The translations under genes and the position numbers were made by a program. Source: an uncultured Acidimicrobiaceae bacterium (GTDB lineage Bacteria; Actinomycetota; Acidimicrobiia; Acidimicrobiales; Bog-793). Taken from it: DNA of 64,000 nt. Positions 9,146 to 19,686 of the stretch are shown in pieces (the first letter of the stretch is position 1; the number at the start of each line of letters is the position of its first letter). A model generated the notes under the pieces. The model saw only the letters and a program-made list of their open reading frames with translations. It was not told the DNA's origin and did no database searches. The stretch is taken from contig CAWDDW010000001.1 in assembly GCA_963801185.1 (NCBI GenBank), positions 41,939-105,938 on the forward strand. Direction: 5' to 3'.

Positions 9146-10228
9146 TCAGACCACCCCCACGGCCGCGGGCACGCCGGCAGCCTGATTCTCTTCCAAGGCT
9201 CGGGTGCCCTCGGGCGTCCCGACTGGGTACCAACAGGCGAACCAGTGACGCGGCGCCTCGGCTGCACGCAGCGGCGGTTCTTCCTCGCGGCACTTCGGTT
9301 GCACGTACGGACAGCGCGGAGCAAAACGGCAGCCCTTCGGCAAGTTCGCCGGGTTCGGCGGGTTGCCCGCGATCGTGTGCAGACGCGTGTGGCTCGGGTT
9401 GGACAGCCGGGGTGCCGACTTGAGGAGCGCCTCTGTGTACGGCATGCGCATGTCCCGGAAGAGCGTCGTCGTAGGGGCACGCTCCACAACCTGCCCGGCG
9501 TACATCACGATCACGTCGTCGGACCGGCCGGTCACGACGCCGAGGTCGTGGGTGACGACGATGACCGACATGTAGCGCTCCTGCTGCAGCCTGTTGAGAA
9601 GGTCCAGGATCTGAGCCGACACCGTCACGTCGAGGCCGGTAGTCGGCTCGTCCGCAAGGAGCAGCTTCGGCCCGCAGGCGATGGCGGCCGCGATGACGAT
9701 CCGCTGGCACATCCCACCCGAGAATTGGTGCGGGTACCACCGCATCCGGTTCTCGGGTTCGGGGAGGCCGACCGAGCGGAAGAGCGAGATCGCCGTCTCG
9801 CGGGCGTCGTCCCGACTCATGGCGAGGTGGTAGCGGAGTGACTCGGTGATCTGGCGGCCGACGCGGACGACTGGGTTGAGCGACGTCGTCGGGTCCTGGA
9901 AGACCATCGAGATCTGGGCTCCCCACAGTCCGCGAAGCTCCGCCTGGGAGGCGTTCGTGAGATCTACGTCGCCGAAACGGACTCGCCCCTCCCGGATCAC
10001 GTTCTGCGCAGGGAGGAGGCCCATGATCGAGCGAGCGAGGACGGTCTTGCCGGATCCGGACTCGCCGACGAGAGCGAGCGTACGCCCTCGCTCGAGATCG
10101 AACGAGACGTCGTCCACGGACTTCACAAGGCCGTGACCCGTGTTGAAGTAAGTCTTGAGCCCTTCGACCTCAAGAAGCGGCCTGTCGTCGAGGTCGTCGA
10201 TCTCGCGGATGTGTCGCTTACGGCTCAC
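9146..10228 (-). CDS. Oligopeptide/dipeptide-type ABC transporter ATP-binding protein (OppD/DppD-like)
   Basis: 'GESGSGKTV', 'FSGGMCQRIVIAAAI', 'LLADEPTTGLD', and C-terminal 'PKGCRFAPRCP'. Confidence 0.9.
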   Translation of the reverse strand: MSRKRHIREIDDLDDRPLLEVEGLKTYFNTGHGLVKSVDDVSFDLERGRTLALVGESGSGKTVLARSIMGLLPAQNVIREGRVRFGDVDLTNASQAELRGLWGAQISMVFQDPTTSLNPVVRVGRQITESLRYHLAMSRDDARETAISLFRSVGLPEPENRMRWYPHQFSGGMCQRIVIAAAIACGPKLLLADEPTTGLDVTVSAQILDLLNRLQQERYMSVIVVTHDLGVVTGRSDDVIVMYAGQVVERAPTTTLFRDMRMPYTEALLKSAPRLSNPSHTRLHTIAGNPPNPANLPKGCRFAPRCPYVQPKCREEEPPLRAAEAPRHWFACWYPVGTPEGTRALEENQAAGVPAAVGVV

Positions 10229-11235
10229 AGTGCCCCCTGGCGCACGTCGAGGATGGACCGCAAGCGGTCCCCGACGAAGTTGATAGCGAGGATGAAGCTG
10301 AACATCGCAACGGCCGGCGCGAGGAGCAAGCCTAAGAACTGCGGCATCTCGTCGGTGCCGGACGCGATCATGTTGCCCCAGGTCGGTGTCGGGGGAGCCA
10401 CGGATTGACCGATGAAGGAGAGTGCACCTTCACCGACGATCGCCAAGGCAACGCCCACGAGCCCGTAGGTGATGGCCGACGGCAGGATGTCCGGGAGGAC
10501 GATCTTGAACAGTATGCGTGAGCGAGTAGAGCCGAGCGCTTGAGCCGCGAGGACGTACTCGCGCTGGCTGTACTCGATCGTGGCTGCCCTGACCACCCGG
10601 TAGAGCAGGGGCCACGCCACGATGGAGATGATGAGAACGATGTCGATCTCGGAGTGACCGAGATAAGAGACGATCACTAGTCCGAGCACGAGCGACGGGA
10701 ACGACAGGAACACGTTCGAGATGACCCCGAACACGCGGTCGATCGTGCCGCGGAAGTAGCCGGCGAGGACGCCGAGGAAGCCGCCCACGATCTGGGACAG
10801 CGCGATCGATACGAAGCCCACGACGAGCGACACCCGCGAGCCGTAGATCACGCGGGAGAGGAGGTCCCGCCCGATGTTGTCGCACCCGAGCAAGTGAGCA
10901 GCGCTCGGGTTCGAGTTGATGATGCAGTTGGCGTTGAGGGTGTCAGGGTTCTGGAGCGGGAGCACGCCGGCGAAGATGGCGGCGAGGATCCAGAGGACGA
11001 CCCAAACGACGGCCACCCAGAAGCCCCAACCGAGGCCCTTGTACCAAGCGCGACCCACCAGTAGCGCCGGTAGAGGTCTCGCCCGAAGGGTCGGGTCCTC
11101 CGCGAAGTCGGCCGGGATCACCCCCTGGCCCACCGCCGAGCTTGTCGCCGGCATCTCGAACGGCTCGTCCGACGTGAGATCGGTGAGACCGAGGAGGTCC
11201 TTCGAGATCAGATCAGGATCATGTTGTTCTGGCAC
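10225..11235 (-). CDS. Peptide ABC transporter permease (OppC/DppC-like)
   Basis: Polytopic protein. EAA-type loop 'EYVLAAQALGSTRSRILFKIVLPDILP'. It overlaps the stop of the preceding gene by 4 nt. Confidence 0.85.
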   Translation of the reverse strand: MPEQHDPDLISKDLLGLTDLTSDEPFEMPATSSAVGQGVIPADFAEDPTLRARPLPALLVGRAWYKGLGWGFWVAVVWVVLWILAAIFAGVLPLQNPDTLNANCIINSNPSAAHLLGCDNIGRDLLSRVIYGSRVSLVVGFVSIALSQIVGGFLGVLAGYFRGTIDRVFGVISNVFLSFPSLVLGLVIVSYLGHSEIDIVLIISIVAWPLLYRVVRAATIEYSQREYVLAAQALGSTRSRILFKIVLPDILPSAITYGLVGVALAIVGEGALSFIGQSVAPPTPTWGNMIASGTDEMPQFLGLLLAPAVAMFSFILAINFVGDRLRSILDVRQGAL

Positions 11236-12175
11236 GGCGCACCCTCGGATCGACCACGGTGTACAGGAAATCGATGAGCAGGTTCAGCAGGATGTAGACG
11301 ACGGCGACGAGGATCGTGATGATCTGCACGGTCGGGAAGTCGTCCTTCGCGACCGCTTGAGTCAGCTCGAAGCCGAGGCCGGTGAGGCCGAACACGACCT
11401 CAGCGATGATTGAACCGACGATTAGCGAGCCGATCTGGACCCCGCCGACGGTCATGACTGTGAAGGTGGACGGCCGGAAGGCGTGGCGGGCGAGGATGCG
11501 AGGCGTCGTGAGGCCCTTCGCCCGCGCCATCACTATGAAGTCCTCCTCCAAGGTGGCGATCATGTCAGCTCTGAGTAATCGCTGGTAGACAGCAATGGAC
11601 GCCGTGGCGATCGTCATGGACGGAAGGAACATCGTGTACAGGTTCGAGAAGGGGCTGGCCCAGATCGACGGGACGCTCGATCCTGCCCCGGGGAACCAGC
11701 TGAGCTTGATCGTGAAGAAGTACCGCAGCAAAGGCCCGATGATGAAGGCGGGCAGCGACAGGGTTGCGAAGCTCAGGGTCGTCGAGACCCGGTCGAAGAC
11801 TTTGTTCGGCCGAAGGGCGCTCCACATGGCCAGCGGTAGAGCGATCACGACGGCGAGGATCTGGCTGAAGATGACGAGCTCGAGCGTGATCGGGTACGAC
11901 GTCTTGAGCACGGTGGAGATCGGTTCGGGTGGTGCCGCCGAGTAGCCCAGCGTGCCGGAGAGGAGGTTTCCGAGCCAGTGGATGTAACGTGCGAAGAAAG
12001 GGTGGTTCAGGTAGAGGATGGCGGACTCCTGGTGGAGGCACGTAGCTCCGGAAGCCCCGCAGATCACCGCCGCTTCGCTTCCGGGCAGCTTCGACGTGAA
12101 GAAGAACGTCACGAACGTCACGAGCAGCAACGTGAGGATGAACTCTCCGACGCGACGCAGGAAGACCGTGCCCAA
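11219..12175 (-). CDS. Peptide ABC transporter permease (OppB/DppB-like)
   Basis: 'MGTVFLRRVGEFILTLLLVTFVTFFF' is a typical OppB N-terminus. EAA loop 'DFIVMARAKGLTTPRILARHAFRPS'. Confidence 0.85.
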   Translation of the reverse strand: MGTVFLRRVGEFILTLLLVTFVTFFFTSKLPGSEAAVICGASGATCLHQESAILYLNHPFFARYIHWLGNLLSGTLGYSAAPPEPISTVLKTSYPITLELVIFSQILAVVIALPLAMWSALRPNKVFDRVSTTLSFATLSLPAFIIGPLLRYFFTIKLSWFPGAGSSVPSIWASPFSNLYTMFLPSMTIATASIAVYQRLLRADMIATLEEDFIVMARAKGLTTPRILARHAFRPSTFTVMTVGGVQIGSLIVGSIIAEVVFGLTGLGFELTQAVAKDDFPTVQIITILVAVVYILLNLLIDFLYTVVDPRVRRARTT

Positions 12176-12304
12176 CGAAAACCCCCTTTCCGGCGTACCA
12201 ATGGTAGTTCTTGAGGGCCAGGTTGTACACGATCCAGCAGGTCGAAGCCGAAGCCCTTCGGATGGTCGGGGAGTCTTCCCGCCCGACGTTTCAGAGCTGG
12301 ATTG

Positions 12305-14016
12305 CTAGTCCAGCCAGACTTCCGTCGGCCAGACGGTGCCCGACAGCATCGACAGGCCGCGTGCGCCTGAAGGAGAGGTCGGGTTGTTCCAGTTCTGGAC
12401 GTTGGTCCGTGCGGCGACGTACCAGACGTCCCGGCCGTACCAGATGTAAGGCAGGTCCACCGCGAACCGCTTGGCGATGGTCTGGTAAGAGCTTTTTGCA
12501 CCGCCGGGTCGGTCGACTGCCGTGCCGTGTCGAGCGCCGTTTGGATGATCGAGTCCTCGTTGCCGGCGAAGTTGATCGGTCCAGCGGTCTTGGCCCAGAA
12601 GATGTAGTTGAGGTCAGGGTTCACGTTGGCGAACTGACGCCACACGAAGACCTGGAACTTCTTTATGAGCGCGTCGTTGATGAGGGCCGCTTGTTGGACC
12701 GTCGTGACGGCGACGTCGAATCCGGCCGCCTGCCACATCGTCTGCACCACGGAGGCGTCGGAGATGGACGTCGTCGTCGCAGTAGTCGTGTAGGTGATCG
12801 AGGGCTTCTTGCCGCCGTTCTTGGCGCTCCAGGCGGCGACGAGTGACTTCGCCTTGTTGAGGTTGAACGAGGGATAACCGGTGTCGGAGTAGTAGGGACT
12901 GGGCAAGGGGAAGGGTCCGGTCGTCGGCTTGACGATGTCCAGCCCGATCACGGTGTCGTACTCCTTCGGCTTCGTCGCGTACGCCAGCGCCTGGCGCAAC
13001 GTGATGTCCTGCATCACCGGATCCTGGCAGTTGATCATCGCAAAGACGCAGTCGGGCTCGCCCTGGGAGAGCTCGTTGTCTCCGATCGCCGTCAGCAGCT
13101 TGTTGTTCGAGATGTTCTCGATCGTGCGGTCGTCGTCGGTGTGCATCATCTGGATCGTGTTCGTCTGGAGGTAGGAGTAGCGCGTGTCGACATCCGGCTG
13201 AGGCTTGAACGTCCAGCTATCGAGGTAGGGCAGCCGGTTACCGAACTTGTCCTTGCGCCAGTAGTGCGGGTTGCGGGTCAAGGTGAAGTGCGATCCTGGC
13301 TCCCAGACCTGGTACACGAAGGGTCCCGTGCCAATCGGGTGCAGGTTGAGGACGCTCTCGCCCTTGGCGTACTGGGTCGGGGAGAACATGTACGCGACCT
13401 GGCCACCGATGTAGCCGGCAAGCCAGTAGTCGAAGGGCACCCATGGCGCCTCCATGTTCATGACGATCGTCCTCGGCCCGGTCTGGACGACGGCTCCGTC
13501 GGGATTCGAGATGTCCATGTAGTTCGTGAAGGCGAAGTTCGTGAGCGCCGACTTGAGGAACGCCTGCATGCAGAACTTGAGAGCTGCCCCGTCACAAGGC
13601 GTCCCGTCGTGGAAGAGGACGTCTTTTCGAACGGTGATCGTCCACTTCGTGTAGGTCGAATTGGGAACGATCGACTCCGCCAGGTACGGGGCGACGGTGC
13701 CGTCCTCGAGGATCATCGCAAGTGGGTCGTACACCGCGCGGGCGTAGCAGACTCCGGTCGAGTCGAAGTGCGCGTAGCTCGGGTCCATGCCGGTCTCTTC
13801 GGCTTCAGTCCCGAAGGAGAGTGCTCCCCCCATCTTCGGCTTCGCGGTCGATACCCCGACTTGGAGCGCCTTCTTCTTGGCAAGTGTCGACAACGGGGCT
13901 GAGCTCCCACTGCTGCCGCAAGCTTCGAGCAGCGTGCCTCCAAGGCCGGCTGCGCCCACCACAGCGCCTGCCTTCAGGCTGCCAGCAAGAAACTGACGAC
14001 GGTCGAAATTAGCCAC
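12305..14016 (-). CDS. Peptide/nickel-type ABC substrate-binding lipoprotein (SBP family 5); frame break near 12484-12500 as sequenced
   Basis: Tat-like signal 'RRQFLAG' plus lipobox 'LLEAC'. The family-5 body runs to '...ALDTARQSTDPAVQK'. The expected C-terminus 'YQTIAKRFAVDLPYIWYGRDVWYVAARTNVQNWNNPTSPSGARGLSMLSGTVWPTEVWLD*' is in the adjacent frame and stops at 12305-12307. The length is 1712 nt = 3n+2. A T5 run (12493-12497) sits at the junction. Confidence 0.8.
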
Positions 14017-14158
14017 GCCTTCCCCTCCCGTGAAATGTGTCGGTGATATTACGCCCGCGTCACCGGTTGCGGGTGGACTCCCGCATCATTTCCGCAGTTT
14101 TTCAGGAGTGCCGCCGTGACCTGGTTATTCATCGGGGTCGGAGCGGTACGATCCCCCG

Positions 14159-15775
14159 GTGCATGTTGACGAGCCGGGAGAAGGGCGAAACGACCCACGC
14201 TCGGTAGGCCCGAACACCACGCTCGCGAAGGCAGGCGTGGCCGTCGTGCTCGTGGTGGCGGTTGCGCTTAGATTCCTGACGAAGTCGCCACTCTGGCTGG
14301 ACGAGGCCTTGACCGTGAACATCGCGCGGGCGCCGCTCGGCGATATCGACGGACTGCTCAGACACGACGGCGCGCCGCCCCTCTACTACTTCCTCCTCCA
14401 CTTCTGGATGAAGGTCTTCGGCACGGGCGACGTCGCGTCCCGGTCGCTCTCGGGGGTGATCGGTGTCATCAACCTGCCGATCGCCTGGCTGACCGGTTAC
14501 CGGGTCGGCTCTCGCTGGTGGACGATCGAGGAGGCCTCGGGTGAGGAACGGCGTGCACGCGACGCGCGGGGCCGCGTCACCGCATGGTCGGTGACGCTTC
14601 TCCTCGCGAGCTCGCCGTTTGCCGTCTACTACGACACCGAAGCTCGCATGTACGGGCTCGTGCTGCTGCTCGGAACGCTCGGAGTGCTCGTGATCACCTC
14701 CTTGCTCCGCCGGCCTCGCTGGACCGGGTCGCTTGCTCTCGGGGTGGTCGCAGCCGGGCTCCTCTACAGCCACTACTGGGCGCTCTACGTGTGCGTGGTC
14801 AGTGGCGCGGGGGCGCTCTGGTGCGCGTGGAAGGGACCCTACGTGCGCGCTGCCCGCTATGTGCTGGCCGGTTTCGTGCTCGCAGCGGTCGCCTTTCTCC
14901 CATGGGTACCGACGTTCCTCTTCCAGGTGAGACATACCGGGACTCCTTGGGCAGCACCGGCCGGTGCCTCGGTGATCGTCTTCACCGTCACCCAGTTCGC
15001 GGGAGGAGCGACGGCGGTCGGCCGGACGCTCGCGCTCTTCTTCTTCTTCCTCGGGTTGCTTGCCATCTTCGGCAGCGCGTACGACCGCCGCCACGTACTG
15101 CTGGACCTCCGCTCCCGGCCGGGCGTGCGAATGCTTGCCGTCGCCGTGATCGCGACGCTCCTCGTCGCGATCATCGCCGGCAAGCTCTCGGGGAGCACGT
15201 TCGCCGATCGGTACACGTCGGTGATCGCCTTCCCCGCCCTGCTCGTGTTCGCCTACGGGCTGACAACGCTCGAGGATCCCCGCGTGCGCAACAGCGTGCT
15301 CGGCGTCGCTGTCCTCCTTGGCCTTGCCGCCTCTATACCCAACGCGACGATCATCCGGACCCAGGCCGGACAGGTGGCAGCGGCCATCTCGGCCGGCGCC
15401 CACCGCGGTGATGTGATCGCCTACTGCCCCGATCAGCTCGGCCCGTCGGTGAGCCGACTGATCGGCACCGAGTTCAGTCAGCTGACCTTCCCTCGCGACG
15501 CGCCACCACAGATCGTCGACTGGGTTGACTACATCGCGACTGTGAAGTCCGCCAGTACGTTCCGGTTCGCCCAGCTAGCGGAGAAGAGGGCCGCCGGCCA
15601 CACCATCTGGTACGTGATGGCGCCCGCTTACCAGGGATTCGACAACGACTGCCAGGACATCCTGATCGATCTCCGTGCTCATCGCGCAGTGGAGAACGTG
15701 GTCGCGAGCACGCCTGCCGACACACCCTTTGAGATATACGAAGGCATGTCCCTCTACCGGTTCACCGTGCGGTGA
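14159..15775 (+). CDS. Polytopic GT-C-type glycosyltransferase (GT39/PMT_2- or ArnT-like)
   Basis: 538 aa with many TM segments. The first loop 'PLWLDEALTVNIA...HDGAPPLYYFLLHFWMKVFG' resembles the acidic loop-1 motif of GT-C enzymes. The C-terminal ~130 aa are soluble. GTG start. Confidence 0.55.
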   Translation: MHVDEPGEGRNDPRSVGPNTTLAKAGVAVVLVVAVALRFLTKSPLWLDEALTVNIARAPLGDIDGLLRHDGAPPLYYFLLHFWMKVFGTGDVASRSLSGVIGVINLPIAWLTGYRVGSRWWTIEEASGEERRARDARGRVTAWSVTLLLASSPFAVYYDTEARMYGLVLLLGTLGVLVITSLLRRPRWTGSLALGVVAAGLLYSHYWALYVCVVSGAGALWCAWKGPYVRAARYVLAGFVLAAVAFLPWVPTFLFQVRHTGTPWAAPAGASVIVFTVTQFAGGATAVGRTLALFFFFLGLLAIFGSAYDRRHVLLDLRSRPGVRMLAVAVIATLLVAIIAGKLSGSTFADRYTSVIAFPALLVFAYGLTTLEDPRVRNSVLGVAVLLGLAASIPNATIIRTQAGQVAAAISAGAHRGDVIAYCPDQLGPSVSRLIGTEFSQLTFPRDAPPQIVDWVDYIATVKSASTFRFAQLAEKRAAGHTIWYVMAPAYQGFDNDCQDILIDLRAHRAVENVVASTPADTPFEIYEGMSLYRFTVR

Positions 15776-16938
15776 GCGCGAGGAGGGCAGGCACCAGCCG
15801 AGGGGTTGCAGTCACCGAGTCCGCGCGCGCGGCCATCTTGCCGTTCCTCGTCTCACGGGCGATCGTCCTCGGAGCTCTAGGTACGGCTCGCTTCCTCGTC
15901 GACGAGTTGCGCCCCTCGGCGGCGACCGCAGCAGGGGCTAGAGCCCTCGGGGCAAGCCACTCAGGCCTGCTCTCGTGGGACGCGTCGTGGTACCTGCGCA
16001 TCGCGGAGGTGGGATACGGGAGTTCCGGCAAGCAGGCGTTGCGTTTCTTCCCGTTGTTCCCGATCCTCGGCAGGGCCGTGGGCATGCTGCCGTTGGTGTC
16101 GGACCGAGCCGCGCTGGTCCTCCTCGCCAACGTGTTCGGGTTGATCGCCCTCGTCCTCCTGCACGCGCTCGTCTCTCGCGAGTCCCTCGGCCGGAGCACC
16201 CCGGAACGAACCGTCTGGCTCCTCTCGCTCTGGCCGGCTGCCTTCGTGCTCGTGATGGGTTACGCCGAGTCGCTGCTTTTGTGCCTGTCGATCGCCGCCT
16301 TCTTGTGCTGGCGGACGGGGCGCTGGTGGTGGTCCGTGATCCCAGCGCTTCTAGCAGGACTTTGTCGACCAGTCGGCATGCTGCTCGCCCTCCCTGCCCT
16401 GGTCGAGGCGATCGCGTGGTGGCGTTCGGACGGCCAGCGCTCGCTCGGCCCGGTGGCGAGCCGCCTGCTCGCGATCGTGGCTGCCCCGGCCGGGGCGGTC
16501 GCGTATCTGGCGTGGGTGGCGGCAACCACCGGCAGCTTCACCGAGCCGCTCACCGAGCAGACGTCTCGCGTGCACCGGGGAGGGATCGCCGATCCGGTCA
16601 CCACCCTGTTGCACGACGCGAAGGACCTCGTGCACGGCCAGCACCTCGGCACCGCGCTCCACGCCCCCTTCATGGTGGTGTTCCTCGTGCTCACCGTGTA
16701 CATATTCTTCCGGCTGCCGGCCTCCTATGGCTGGTACGCCGCTGCGACGATGGCGGTCGCCATCACCGCTCCCAACCTGGACTCGCTCGAGCGCTACGGC
16801 CTGGCCTGTTTCCCGCTCGCCATCGCGGCCGGATGCCTGACCGAGCGCACCCTCGCGCTGAGGCTGGTGCTGAGCGGGATGGGCGCGCTGCTGGCCGTCT
16901 TCTCGCTTCTGGCCTTCCTCGGCTTGTATGTGCCGTAG
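15772..16938 (+). CDS. Polytopic membrane protein, candidate GT-C mannosyltransferase (PIG-V-like)
   Basis: 388 aa and multi-TM. The motif 'SWDASWYLRIAEVGY' after TM1 is what I associate with PIG-V/Mannosyl_trans2-type proteins. The GTGA overlap with the upstream gene suggests translational coupling. Confidence 0.4.
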   Translation: MSARRAGTSRGVAVTESARAAILPFLVSRAIVLGALGTARFLVDELRPSAATAAGARALGASHSGLLSWDASWYLRIAEVGYGSSGKQALRFFPLFPILGRAVGMLPLVSDRAALVLLANVFGLIALVLLHALVSRESLGRSTPERTVWLLSLWPAAFVLVMGYAESLLLCLSIAAFLCWRTGRWWWSVIPALLAGLCRPVGMLLALPALVEAIAWWRSDGQRSLGPVASRLLAIVAAPAGAVAYLAWVAATTGSFTEPLTEQTSRVHRGGIADPVTTLLHDAKDLVHGQHLGTALHAPFMVVFLVLTVYIFFRLPASYGWYAAATMAVAITAPNLDSLERYGLACFPLAIAAGCLTERTLALRLVLSGMGALLAVFSLLAFLGLYVP

Positions 16939-16995
16939 ACGATCCGCGACCGGGTCATGAACCCCGGGCTCGCTCCGAGGTGGAACAATGGGGAC

Positions 16996-18496
16996 ATGCC
17001 AGTAGGTCCCGACGATTCGCGCGCGCCCGAGGGCGTCGTGGTCATCGGAGCGGGGCCGGCCGGCCTCACCGCGGCCTATGCGCTCGGGCGCCGGGGGGGT
17101 CGCTGCATCGTGGTCGAGGCGGACTCGGTCGTCGGTGGCATCTCACGGACGGCCGAGAGGGACGGATGGCGGTTCGACATCGGGGGCCACCGTTTCTTCA
17201 CGAAGGTCCGGGAAGTGGAGGAGCTGTGGCACGAGATCCTGGGGCCGGAGGACTTCCTGCTCCGCCCTCGCCTCAGCCGCATCTACCACGACGGGAAGTT
17301 CTTCGACTACCCGATCCAGATCGGGAACGCGCTCGAAGGGGCTCGGTCTCGTCGAGTCCTTCAAGTGCGGGGTGTCGTATGTCTGGGTCCGGATCAACCG
17401 GCCGAAGAACACCGACACCTTCGAAGGCTGGACCGCCTCCCGATTCGGCTGGAGGCTCTACAACAAGTTCTTCAAGACCTACACCGAGAAGGTCTGGGGA
17501 GTGCCCGCCACCGAGATCCAAGCCGACTGGGCTGCCCAGAGGATCAAGAACCTCTCGCTGTGGAAGGCGGTCCTCAACGCCCTCACGCCGCACAAGAAGA
17601 CGAGCATCACCTCTCTCATCGAGGAATTCGAGTACCCGAAGCTGGGTCCCGGCATGATGTGGGAACGCGCCACCGAGCTCGTGCGCGAGCAGGGCTCGGA
17701 AGTCAGGATGTCGGCGTGGGTGGTGCGGATCCGCCGGGAGGCCGGGAGAGCGGTGGCAGTCGAGGTGGAGTCTCCCGGGGGCGTTCGCACAGAGCTTGCC
17801 TGCGAGCACGTGGTCTCCTCGATGCCGCTGGCGGAGCTAGCGCTCGCCCTCGACCCTCCGGCTCCCGACGAGGTGCAACAAGCGGCCAAGGGCCTGCACT
17901 TCCGGGACTTCCTCACGGTTGCGCTCGTCGTGCCGAAGGATCGGGGCTTTCCCGACAACTGGATCTACGTGCACGACAAGGTGAAGCTCGGACGCATTCA
18001 GAACTTCGGCTCGTGGTCGCCGGAGATGGTGAAGGACGGACGGACCTGCCTCGGGCTCGAGTACTTCGTCTTCGAGGGAGACGAGCTCTGGACGATGGAT
18101 GACGAGGACCTCGTTGCCCTTGGCAAGCGGGAGATCGCCCAGATCGGTCTCATCCGGGAGGAGGACGTCGAGAAGGGGTACGTCGTGAGGATGCCGAAGG
18201 CCTATCCCGTGTACGACGGGGGTTACGAGGCCCGCGTCGAGACCATCCGGCGATTCCTCGATGCCGAGGTGCCGAACGTGCACCCCGTCGGACGTAACGG
18301 GATGCACCGCTACAACAACCAGGACCACTCCATGCTGACCGCCCTCCTCACGGTGGAGAACCTGTTCGGCGAGGACTATGACACGTGGTCGGTGAACGTC
18401 GAAGCGGAGTACCACGAGGAACAGGTCGGGCGAAAGGGTGCGGAGCATAAAGCCGGTACGGGGCGTTCGGCGCCGGTGGCGCCCGCCGAGGCGTGA
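16996..18496 (+). CDS. NAD(P)/FAD-dependent oxidoreductase (amine-oxidase/UDP-galactopyranose-mutase-like fold); frame break near 17335 as sequenced
   Basis: Dinucleotide fold 'VVVIGAGPAGLTAAYAL..VVEADSVVGG'. '...KFFDYPIQIGNAL' in the track ORF 16957..18102 continues as 'KGLGLVESFKCGVSYVWVRI...TYTEKVWGVPATEIQADWAAQRIKNLS...' in ORF 17078..18496. The length is 1501 nt = 3n+1. Confidence 0.7.
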
Positions 18497-19686
18497 GCAC
18501 TCCGTCGACGGAGCGGATCGCGGAGCTGGCTGAGGTGGCCGGGCTCCGCAGGGTGGCGATGGTCGCCTGGCGCGACCTCGGAGACCCCGAGGCTGGAGGA
18601 TCGGAGCTGCACGCTCACGAGATCGCCCGCCGTTGGGTCGACGCGGGCGTGGAAGTAGTCATGCGGACGTCGTCGGTTGCGGGCGAGCCGGAGCGGCTCG
18701 TGCGCGACGGTTACACGGCGATCCGCAGGTCCGGCCGTTACCAGGTGTTCGCGAGCGCTCCCTACGACATCATCCGAGGCCGCCTCGGCCCGTTAGACGG
18801 GCTTGTCGAGATCTGGAACGGGATGCCGTTCTTCAGCCCCGTCTGGGGGCGTTTCGGCCCGGCGATCCCACGGGTCACCTGGCTGCACCACGTGCATGCC
18901 GAGATGTGGAAGATGGTCTTGCCGCCGAAGCTGGCCACGATCGGCGAGACCATCGAGGCGAAGATCGCGCCGCCGATCTACCGCCGTACCCGCATTGTCA
19001 CGCTGTCGGAGTCGTCTCGGACCGAGATCCTCGAGATGCTCGGCCTGAGAGCTGAACGTGTGAGCGTCGTGCCGCCCGGTGTCGACAGCCGGTACTCGCC
19101 GGGAGGGAGCAAGAGCGCCAAGCCGTCGATCCTCGCGGTCGGGCGTCTCGTGCCGGTCAAGCGCTTCGATCGTCTCGTCAGGGGAGTCGCCGAGCTGCAC
19201 GAGCTCCGGGGCGACGTCGAGTGCGTGATCATCGGTGAGGGGGGCGAGCGCGAGGCGCTGGAACAGCTACGCCACGAGCTCGGCGCAGACTCCTACGTCC
19301 ACCTGCCGGGTCGGGTGCCGTCGGCCGACCTCGTCGACGCCTACCGCCGGGCGTGGGTGCTGGCGTCGACGTCGGTGCGCGAGGGCTGGGGCATGACGGT
19401 GAGCGAAGCGGCAGCATGCGGCACGCCAGCAGTGGCAAGCAGGATCGCCGGTCACCGCGATGTAGTGATCGAGGGACACACCGGTTTCCTCGCCGGCAGC
19501 CGGTCGGAGATGGTCGGCCACCTCGATGCGATCATCTCGGACGAGGGCTTGCGCGAACGGCTGTCGAAGGCAGCTCTCGACAGGGCCGCGGACTTGAGCT
19601 GGGATGCGACGGCCGAGGGCACGTTCGGTGTGCTCGCCGACGAAGCGACACGGATCCGATCAGGTTGGCGACGAGCACGCAGCTGA
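18493..19686 (+). CDS. Glycosyltransferase family 4 (GT-B fold)
   Basis: '...LVPVKRFD..' and the EX7E region 'REGWGMTVSEAAACGTPAVASRIAGHRDVVIEGHTGFL'. It overlaps the upstream stop by 4 nt. Confidence 0.8.
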   Translation: MSTPSTERIAELAEVAGLRRVAMVAWRDLGDPEAGGSELHAHEIARRWVDAGVEVVMRTSSVAGEPERLVRDGYTAIRRSGRYQVFASAPYDIIRGRLGPLDGLVEIWNGMPFFSPVWGRFGPAIPRVTWLHHVHAEMWKMVLPPKLATIGETIEAKIAPPIYRRTRIVTLSESSRTEILEMLGLRAERVSVVPPGVDSRYSPGGSKSAKPSILAVGRLVPVKRFDRLVRGVAELHELRGDVECVIIGEGGEREALEQLRHELGADSYVHLPGRVPSADLVDAYRRAWVLASTSVREGWGMTVSEAAACGTPAVASRIAGHRDVVIEGHTGFLAGSRSEMVGHLDAIISDEGLRERLSKAALDRAADLSWDATAEGTFGVLADEATRIRSGWRRARS

